Shown one piece after another: positions 54,701-64,000 of a stretch of 64,000 bases of DNA. The notes beneath the pieces were generated by a model. The model ran no database searches. It saw nothing but the letters and a program-made list of their open reading frames with translations, and was not told the origin of the DNA. The stretch comes from Dendrobates tinctorius. Its lineage: Eukaryota. The DNA lies in the NCBI RefSeq assembly GCF_039654945.1, contig NW_027361818.1, positions 8,246,001 to 8,310,000 on the forward strand, given 5' to 3'. Made by a program: the position numbers and the translations under genes. Within the stretch, counting starts at the first letter, position 1. Every line of letters starts with the position of its first letter.

Positions 54701-57414
54701 GTGGGGTGAGGGGCCGGTGGTGACTCTGGTGGGGTGAGGGGCCGGTGGTGACTCTGGTGGGGTGAGGGGCCGGTGGTGACTCTGGTGGGGTGAGGGGCCG
54801 GTGGTGACCCTGGTGGGGTGAGGGGCCGGTGATGACCCGGGTGGGTTGAGGGGCCGGTGGTGACCCTGGTGGGGTGAGGGGCCGGTGATGACCCGGGTGG
54901 GTTGAGGGGCCGGTGGTGACCCGGGTGGGGTGAGGGGCCGGTGGTGACCCGGGTGGGTTGAGGGGCCGGTGGTGACTCTGGTGGGGTGAGGGGCCGGTGG
55001 TGACTCTGGTGGGGTGAGGGGCCGGTGGTGACTCTGGTGGGGTGAGGGGCCGGTGGTGACTCTGGTGGGGTGAGGGGCCGGTGGTGACTTTGGTGGGGTG
55101 AGGGGCCGGTGGTGACCTTGGTGGGGTGAGGGGCCGGTGGTGACCCTGGTGGGGTGAGGGGCCGGTGGTGACCCTGGTGGGGTGAGGGGCCGGTGGTGAC
55201 CCTGGTGGGGTGAGGGGCCGGTGGTGACCCTGGTGGGGTGAGGGGCCGGTGGTGACCCGGGTGGGGTGAGGGGCCGGTGGTGACCCGGGTGGGGTGAGGG
55301 GCCGGTGGTGACTCTGGTGGGGTGAGGGGCCGGTGGTGATTCTGGTGGGGTGAGGGTCCGGTGGTGACCCTGGTGGGGTGAGGGTCCGGTGGTGACTCTG
55401 GTGGGGTGAGGGTCCGGTGGTGACTCTGGTGGGGTGAGGGGCCGTTGGTGACTCTGGTGGGGTGAGGGGCCGTTGGTGACTCTGGTGGGGTGAGGGGCCG
55501 GTGGTGACTCTGGTGGGGTGAGGGGCCGGTGGTGACTCTGGTGGGGTGAGGGGCCGGTGGTGACTCTGGTGGGGTGAGGGGCCGGTGGTGACTCTGGTGG
55601 GGTGAGGGGCCGGTGGTGACTCTGGTGGGGTGAGGGGCCGGTGGTGACTCTGGTGGGGTGAGGGGCCGGTGGTGACTCTGGTGGGGTGAGGGGCCGGTGG
55701 TGACTCTGGTGGGGAGAGGGGCCGGTGGTGACCCGGGTGGGGTGAGGGGCCGGTGGTGACCCGGGTGGGTTGAGGGGCCGGTGGTGACCCGGGTGGGTTG
55801 AGGGGCCGGTGGTGACCCGGGTGGGTTGAGGGGCCGGTGGTGACTCTGGTGGGGTGAGGGGCCGGTGGTGACTCTGGTGGGGTGAGGGGCCGGTGGTGAC
55901 TCTGGTGGGGTGAGGGGCCGGTGGTGACCTTGGTGGGGTGAGGGGCCGGTGGTGACCCTGGTGGGGTGAGGGGCCGGTGGTGACCCTGGTGGGGTGAGGG
56001 GCCGGTGGTGACCCTGGTGGGGTGAGGGGCCGGTGGTGACCCTGGTGTGGTGACCCTGCAGGATGTCTGCCAGGAGGTGACTGACCTCCGCACTGATCAC
56101 AGGAGCCGCCATGTTCTCTTCTGGGATTATTTCTGTAGGGGGCGCTCTCCCCGGCACTAACACCCTCTGCTCCCCCACACAGGATGGGCGCCACCGTGTT
56201 CGTGCAGCCGCTGGATCTGGTGAAGAACCGCATGCAGCTGAGCGGAGAGGGCGCCAAGACCAAGGAGTACAAGACCAGCTTCCATGCCGTGGGCAGCATC
56301 CTGAGGAACGAGGGTCTGCGAGGGATCTACACTGGGTGAGACCTCACTGATGGTCTCGTAACCCCTCTCTGCCGCCCTGCAGGGGGCGGCACAGTCTCTT
56401 CCATCTGTATTAACCCCTCGCCCTGTTTTCAGGTTGTCCGCTGGTTTGCTGCGTCAGGCGACGTACACGACCACCCGTCTGGGGATCTACACCATTCTCT
56501 TCGAGAAGCTGACCAAGGCGGACGGGACTCCCCCCAACTTCTTCATGAAGGCAGCTATCGGGATGACGGCCGGGGCCACGGGGGCCTTTGTGGGGACTCC
56601 GGCCGAGGTGGCGCTAATCAGGATGACTGCTGATGGAAGGTAAAGTTTCCAGAGAGCGCCCCCGGTGGTCGCTGAGAGTGTTGTTTGCCCCTCCATGTTC
56701 TTGGTGCTCTCCTTCTCGTGCAGGTTACCCGCCGACCAGAGGAGAGGATACAGCAACGTCTTCAATGCCCTGGTCAGGATGTCGCGGGAGGAGGGCATCA
56801 CCACGCTGTGGAGGGTGGGTGTAGTAGTCCATGCAGGGTGCCAGTTGCCTCCTACCCTGCAGTCACCCTGACCCTTCTCTCTCCTCCAGGGCTGTATTCC
56901 CACGATGGCACGGGCCGTGGTGGTCAACGCTGCCCAGCTGGCCTCCTACTCCCAATCCAAGCAGGCCCTTCTGGATTCTGGTGAGAGAGCTACCCCGGGA
57001 GGATGGAGACCGTGAGCATGGAGGTGTCCGGCTGTGTAGGGTAGGATCAGCTCCTGATCATCTGTCCTTGTCCTGCAGGATATTTCCGGGATGACATTCT
57101 CTGCCACTTCTGTGCCAGTATGATCAGTGGCCTGGTCACCACCGCCGCCTCCATGCCTGTGGACATCGCCAAGACCAGGTAAGATTCACAGCTAAAACCT
57201 GCTCTCTTACAGGAGGAAGCCATTGCTCAGCTCATCCAGAGCCTCCTGGTTCAGACACGGTGTGCTCCGACTACAGCTAAGCCGGACACTTAAAGGGACG
57301 GTGCCGTGGCAGAGTGGTCCGGAGTGGGATATAACTGCAATAACTTCTCTCCCCGCCCACAGGATACAGAACATGCGGATGATCGACGGGAAACCGGAGT
57401 ATAAGAATGGACTG
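51771..57414 (+). CDS. SLC25A11: Mitochondrial 2-oxoglutarate/malate carrier, exons 1-7 (last exon beyond the window)
   Basis: Exons 51771-51841, 56183-56335, 56433-56639, 56724-56814, 56890-56980, 57079-57178, 57363-57414. Translation includes TSPKAIKFLFGGLAGMGATVFVQPLDLVKNRMQLSG...LLRQATYTTTRLGIY...GTPAEVALIRMTADGR...MPVDIAKTRIQNMRMIDGKPEYKNGL. Confidence 0.98.
52458..53497. repeat. C-rich 30/33-bp minisatellite in SLC25A11 intron 1
   Basis: (CCAGTAACCCCCCCACTACCGCTGAC[AGC]AGCC)n visible. Confidence 0.95.
53828..56057. repeat. G-rich 28-bp minisatellite in SLC25A11 intron 1
   Basis: (GGTGGGGTGAGGGGCCGGTGGTGACTCT)n, about 80 copies. Confidence 0.97.
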
Positions 57415-57544
57415 GTGAGTGCTGCCGACTGCACAGAGGGGAGCAGAGCACGTGTGTGAGCGCGCAGGGCCCCAAATGTAACAGATCAGCAGCTGTGCAC
57501 AGTATGTCCCCTAGAGAGCCGCGATCCAGGTCATCTACACTGGT

Positions 57545-60209
57545 ACATCCTGTATTATACCCCAGAGCTGCACTCACTATTCTGCTGGTGCAGTCACTGT
57601 GTACATTACATTACTGATTCTGAGTTACATCCTGTATTATACTCCAGAGCTGCACTCACTCTTCTGCTGGTGCAGTCACTGTGTACATACATTACATTAC
57701 TGATCCTGAGTGACATCCTGTATTATACTCCAGAGCTGCACTCACTATTCTGCTGGTGCAGTCACTGTGTACATACATTACATTACTGATCCTGAGTTGC
57801 ATCCTGTATTATACTCCAGAGCTGCACTCACTATTCTGCTGGTGCAGTCACTGTGTACATACATTACAGATCCTGTGTTACATCCTGTATTACACTCCAG
57901 AGCTGCACTCACTATTCTGCTGGTGCAGTCACTGTGTACATACATTACTGATCCTGAGTTACATCCTGTATTAGACTCCAGGGCTGCACTCACTATTATG
58001 CTGGTGCAGTCACTGTGTACATACATTACATTACTGATCCTGAGTTGCATCCTGTATTATACTCCAGAGCTGCACTCACTCTTCTGCTGGTGCAGTCACT
58101 GTGTACATACATTACATTATTATACATTATGATCCTGAGTGACATCCTGTATTATACTCCAGAGCTGCACTCACTCTTCTGCTGGTGCAGTCACTGTGTA
58201 CATACATTACATTATTATACATTATGATCCTGAGTGACATCCTGTATTATACTCCAGAGCTGCACTCACTATTCTGCTGGTGCAGTCACTGTGTACATAC
58301 ATTACATTACTGATCCTGAGTTACATCCTGTATTATACTCCAGAGCTGCACTCACTATTATGCTGGTGCAGTCACTGTGTACACACATTACATTACTGAT
58401 CCTGAGTTACATCCTGTATTATACTCCAGAGCTGCACTCATTATTCTGCTGGTGCAGTCACTGTGTACATACATTACATTACTGATCCTGAGTTACATCC
58501 TGTATTATACTCCAGAGCTGCACTCACTGTTCTGCTGGTGCCGTCACTGTGTACATACATTACATTACTGATCCTGAGTTACAGCCTGTATTATACTCCA
58601 GAGCTGCACTCACAATTCTTATGGTGCAGTCACTGTGTACATACATTACATTACTGATCCTGAGTTACATCCTGTATTATACTCCAGAGCTGCACTCACA
58701 ATTCTTATGGTGCAGTCACTGTGTATATACATTACATTACTGATCCTGAGTGACATCCTGTATTATACTCCAGAGCTGCACACACTGTTCTGCTGGTGCC
58801 GTCACTGTGTACATACATTACATTACTGATCCTGAGTTACATCCTGTATTATACTCCAGAGCTGCACTCACAATTCTGATGGTGCAGTCACTGTTATGAA
58901 TGAGTCACCGTAGGAGGCAGACACAAAAATAGCAGCTAAGTCCAGAAAACCGGAGAAGTTGGCAACTATCAGATTGCAGACTCCTGAACCTAACAACACA
59001 ACTATCAGTAGCCGTGGGGGGTTCCTACGGTGCCCTAGACCCCTCGATCACAGCCGGAGAAACTAAATAGCCTAAAGACAGAAAAGGAAAACTAACCTGC
59101 CCCAGAGCAGACCCCAAAGTGAAAGGCAGCCCCCAACATTTAATGACGGTGAAGCAAGATGAAAAAACACACACACAGATAGAAAGATAGGCTGAGTAAA
59201 CAATGGGGCCCACTAAACGCACTAAAATAGGACAGGATAGGACAGCTGCAATCTGCAAAAACCCTGAAAAGAAATAAGCCAACAGGCTGATATGAAAAAA
59301 GGCCCTGAAGCATCTAGGCTTCAAAAACTATATCAGCACTCAGGTATTTTCTGAAGACAGAGCTAAAGGAATTCAGCTCACCCCAGCAGGGAATGACAGA
59401 AATCCAGAAAAACAAAAACGACGTACAAATGCAAACGGCAGAGCAGAAAACTTAGCTTTTGGAGAGCAGGAATTCAGACTGGTATCCAATGATCCACAGA
59501 GAAGTCACCCGCAGAGCAGACGGGCATGGACAGCCTTATATCCAGTCAGAAACTCCACTCAGCCAATCATCATCATTAGACCCAGATGCCTGAAAATCAG
59601 GCTCACTATCTTTTTTTACTAGAAGAGGGAGTTCATCGGGCCTCAGTGGTAAAGGGGAAAATGAACTCACAACACACTGTGTATATACATTACATTACTG
59701 ATCCTGAGTGACATCCTGTATTATACTCCAGAGCTGCACTCACTATTCTGCTGGTGCCGTCACTGTGTACATACATTACATTACTGATCCTGAGTTGCAT
59801 CCTGTATTATACTCCAGAGCTGCACTCACTATTCTGCTGGTGCAGTCACTGTGTACATACATTACATTACTGATCCTGAGTGACATCCTGTATTATACTC
59901 CAGAGCTGCACTCACTATTCTGCTGGTGCCGTCACTGTGTGCATACATTACATTACTGATCCTGAGTGACATCCTGTATTATACTCCAGAGCTGCACTCA
60001 CTATTCTGCTGGTGCCGTCACTGTGTACATACATTACATTACTGATCCTGAGTTGCATCCTGTATTATACTCCAGAGCTGCACTCACTCTTCTGCTGGTG
60101 CAGTCACTGTGTACATACATTACATTACTGATCCTGAGTTACATCCTGTATTATACCCCAGAGCTGCACTCACTATTATGCTGGTGCAGTCACTGTGTAC
60201 ATACATTAC
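57545..60209. repeat. 86-bp satellite in SLC25A11 intron 7, interrupted by LTR insertions
   Basis: (CATCCTGTATTATACTCCAGAGCTGCACTCACTATTCTGCTGGTGCAGTCACTGTGTACATACATTACATTACTGATCCTGAGTTA)n. Confidence 0.96.
58892..59674 (-). mobile_element. Solo LTR, same family as the Gypsy 5' LTR at 60210, opposite orientation
   Basis: TGTTATG...CACAACA ends. The reverse complement aligns end to end with 60210-60994. Short target duplication (CAC, or CACTG sharing the terminal TG). Confidence 0.92.
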
Positions 60210-63200
60210 TGTTGTGAGTTCATTTTCCCCTTCATCACTGAGGCCCGAGGAACTCCCTCTTCTGGTAAGGAGAGGTAGTGAGTCTGATTATCAGACACCT
60301 TAGATTAATGATGATGACTGGCTGAGTGGAGTCACAGACTGGATATAAGGCTGCATACGCCCATTCTCCCTGCGGGTGATTTCTCTGTGGATCCTTGGAG
60401 TCCAGTCTGAATTCCTGCTCTGCTAAAGCTAAGTTTTCTTCCTTGCTTTTTGCATTTGTGCCTTGCTTTGTTTTTTCTGGATTTCAGCCATTCCCTGCTG
60501 GGGTGAGCTGAACTCCTTAGCTCTGTCTCCTGAAAATACCAGAGTGCTGATTTAGTTTTGAAGCTTAGTTGCTTCAGGGTCTTTTTCCATTTCAGCTTGC
60601 TGGCCTATGTTTTTAATAGGGTTTTTTGCCGATTGCAGACAGCCGCTTTCCTTTCCTTTCCTGTTTAGATTAGATTGGGCCCCAACGTTTGCTCAGTCTA
60701 TCTTTCTATCTGTGTCAGTGTTTTTTCATCTTGCTTCACCGTCATTATATGTTGGGGGCTGCCTTTTACTTTGGGGTCTGCTCTGGGGCAGTTTAGATTT
60801 CCCTTTCTATCTTTAGGCTATATAGTCCTCCGGCTGTGTTCGAGGGGTCCAGGGCACCGTAGGTACCCCCACGGCTACTGCTAGTTGTGTTGATAGGTTC
60901 AGGGGTCTGCAATCGGATAGTTGCCAGCTCCTCTGGTTTTCTGGACGTAGCTTCTATTTTTGTGTCTGCCTCCTACGGTCACTCAATCATAACAGAATCA
61001 CCCGCCTGACCGCAGATCCTAGGGTACTCAATAGCAGGAAAGAATTGCAAAAAAAAAGTGTGTATATTTTTTCCTCTATATCTCTGAGGCCGTAGGGGGA
61101 ATTTTTTTTTCTCTCAATGGGGATAAAGCAATTGTCTGATCGTGTGGAGCAGCTCGCTGCGGAAGTGCGGGGAATTTCCGCCTACCTTGCTCATTCACAT
61201 GCTGCTGAACCAAAGATTCCTACACCTGATGTATTTTGTGGTGATCGGTCTAAATTTTTGAATTTCAAAAATAATTGTAAATTACTTTTTGCCTTGAAGC
61301 CTAACTCGTCAGGGAGCTCCGCGCAGCAGGTTAAAATTGTCATCTCTTTGCTGCGCGGCGATCCCCAGGATTGGGCGTTTTCTTTGAAACCTGATGATCC
61401 TATTCTGACTAATGTGAACGCATTTTTTCAGGCCTTGGGGTTGTTGTATGACGAACCTAATGCCATTGATCAGGCTGAAAAGACCCTGCTGGCATTGAAC
61501 CAGGGTCGAGATTCTGCAGAATCGTACTGTCAAAAATTCTGAAAGTGGGCGGTCCTTACTACCTGGAATGATAATGCCTTGGCTGCTCTCTTTCAGAAGG
61601 GTTTGTCAGAAGCCGTAAAAGATACTATGGTGGGATTTCCTGTTCCCTCTGGTCTTGACGATTCTATGTCATTAGCCATTCAGGTTGATCGGCGTTAGTG
61701 TTAACGCAAAACTGCACGAGAGGTGTTGCCACCTGTTGAACAAATGTCTGAACCTATGCAATGTGATAGAGTTTTGTCCAGAGAGCAGCGTTAGGAGTTC
61801 AGAAGGCGTAATAAGTTGTGTTTTTTCTGTGGAGATGCCTCGCATATTATTTCTGCCTGTCCTAAACGAGAGAAACGCTTTGCACACACGTTTTCTGTTG
61901 GTGGTGTTCAACCTAAGTTTCTTCTGGCTATTACTCTGATCTGCTCCCTGTCCACATTTTCCGCCAAGGCTTTTGTGGATTCGGGAGTAGCTCTAAACCT
62001 AATGGACTTGGATTTTGCTAAACGTTGTGGATTTCCGATGACACCTCTGCAGACGCCTATCCCTTTGAGGGGGATTGATGCTACTCCTTTGGCAAAAAAT
62101 AAACCCCAGTTTTGGACCCAGGTGGTAATGCGGGTCGCCCCAGACCATCAAGAAAATTGCAGATTTTTGGTGTTGCATAATTTGCATGATGCCATTGTTC
62201 TGGGGTTTCCCTGGTTGCAAATTCATAATCCAGTTTTGGATTGGAAATCTGTGTCTGTGGTGAGTTGGGGTTGTCAGTGTGCCCTTAGTGATGCTCCTGT
62301 TTTCTCCACCTCTCCCCAGTCGCATGATGTTCCTGATTATTTGGCGGACTTTTATGATGTATTTAGTGAGAATGAGTCTGCGTCCTTGCCTCCTCATAGG
62401 AGTTATGACTGTGCAATTGAACTGAGCCCGGGGTGTAAATTTCCTAAGGGTCGGCTTTTCAATTTATCTGTACCCGAGCACAAGGCTATGCGATCCTATA
62501 TTAAGGAGGCGTTGGAGAAGGGTCATATTAGACCATCCTCTTCACCCTTAGGTGCCGTTTTTTTTTTTGTAGCCAAAAAGGATGGATCATTAAGGCCTTG
62601 TATTGATTATCGTGCCCTCAACAAAATTACTGTTAAATATCAGTATCCGTTACCCCTGATTTCGGATCTATTCTCTAGAGTTAAAGGTGCTTGCTGCTTT
62701 ACCAAGCTTGACCTCAGGGGGGCGTATAATCTTATTCGCATTAAGCATGGGGATGAATGGAAGACGGCGTTTAATACTCCGGAGGGACATTTTGAGTACC
62801 TGGTGATGCCTTTTGGGCTCACTAATGCCCCTTCTGTCTTCCAGTGCTTCATGAACGATATTTTCCGAGATTTTGTCGATAAATTTTTGATTATCTATCT
62901 GGATGATATTTTGATCTTCTCCAAGGATTGGGATTCTCATGTGGAACATGTTTGGACTGTGTTCCGGATCTTGAGGGAGAATTCCCTGTATGTCAAGGGA
63001 TCTAAATGCCTTTTTGGGGTACAGAGGATTTCATTTTTGGGATTTATTTTGTCTCCGTCAACTATTGAAATGGACCCGGCCAAGGTACAGGCCATTTATG
63101 ATTGGGTTCAGCCCACTTCTTTGAAGGCCCTCCAGAAGTTTTTGGGTTTTGCTAATTTTTATCGGAAATTTATAGCAAAATTTTCTAGTATTGCCAAGCC

Positions 63201-64000
63201 ATTGACTGATTTGACTAAAAGGGTGCTGATGTGTTAAATTGGTCTCCGGAGGCTGTTTTTTCCTTTCAGGAGTTAAAGCGAAGATTCACCTCCGCCCCGG
63301 TTTTGCGGCAACCTGATGTCTCACTTCCGTTCCAGGTAGAGGTGGATGCTTCTGAGATTGGTGCAGGAGCTGTTTTGTCCCAAAAGGATCCTGTAACATC
63401 TAAAATGAATCCCTGTGCTTTCTTTTCCCGAAAGTTCTCTCCATCTGAACGTAACTACGACGTGGGGAATCGGGAACTGTTGGCCATGAAATGGGCATTT
63501 GAGGAGTGGAGACATTGGTTGGATGGAGCTAAGCATCAAGTCGTGGTCCTCACCGACCACAAGAATTTGATTTATCTAGAGTCAGCTAAGCGCTTGAACC
63601 CTAGACAGGCTAGGTGGGCCTTGTTTTTTACACGTTTTGATTTTGTGGTTTCTTTTCTTCCTGGAACTAAGAATGTCAAGGCAGACGCACTCTCTAGGAG
63701 TTTCTTTGCTGATTCTCCTGTGGTGACCAAACCTGCTACCATCTTAGGCGAAGGGGTAGTTCTTTCTGCCATCTCGCCCGATTTGAGACGTGCTCTGGAA
63801 GAATTCCAGAGAGACAAGCCTGAGCGTTGTCCCAGTGGAAAGTTGTATGTTCCTGACCAGTGGAAGAAGAGAGTGATGTCTGAAGTTCATTGCTCTGCTT
63901 TGGCTGGTCATCCAGGTATTTTTGGTACTAGAGATCTTGTGAGTCGGTCTTTTTGGTGGCCCTCCTTGTCTCGTGATGTCAGGAATTTTGTGCAGTCCTG
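60210..64000 (+). mobile_element. Ty3/Gypsy LTR retrotransposon of the Tf1/sushi type (5' LTR 60210-60994 plus gag-pol; truncated by the window end)
   Basis: TG...CA LTR with TATA at 60344, followed by gag-PR-RT-RNaseH-IN domain order. Confidence 0.95.
61117..64000 (+). pseudogene. Disrupted single-frame gag-pol
   Basis: Gag (EPKIPTPDVFCGDRSKF), EPMQ, zinc knuckle [14 protein letters not shown], protease FVDSG, RT ([22 protein letters not shown]), RNase H (VDAS, NYDVGNRELLA, TDHKNL), integrase zinc finger start (GHPG...FWWP). In-frame stops at 61540, 61696, 61702 and 61792, and a frameshift near 63220. Confidence 0.93.

Noticed and set aside
53731-56299. 594-832-aa Pro/His-rich ORFs
   Set aside because: Stop-free 28-bp repeat antisense to SLC25A11 intron 1; the same peptide cycles through all three frames.

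Overview
Eukaryotic (vertebrate) genomic DNA, most likely from a frog judging by the repeat landscape (inference). Roughly half of the window is minisatellite, and nearly all long ORFs in the supplied track are repeat artefacts. Reading splice sites by hand gives five spliced genes. (1) An uncharacterised minus-strand gene with 5 exons at 11220-5828, running off the left edge. (2) A complete 23-exon, 924-aa ZPAX/ZPY-type egg-envelope glycoprotein gene (minus, 22341-14777). (3) RANGRF/MOG1 (plus, 27686-30270). (4) A candidate, unrecognised secreted glycoprotein gene built from tandemly duplicated phase-1 mini-exons (minus, 43888-30731). (5) SLC25A11 exons 1-7 (plus, 51771-57414; last exon beyond the window). 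Mobile DNA includes an intact DD34E Tc1 element with perfect 207-bp TIRs, a decayed Tf1/sushi-type Gypsy element with a self-priming signature instead of a tRNA PBS, two solo LTRs, an L2 LINE 3' end, and hAT and Harbinger MITEs. Exon coordinates and translations were derived by eye; no database search was run.
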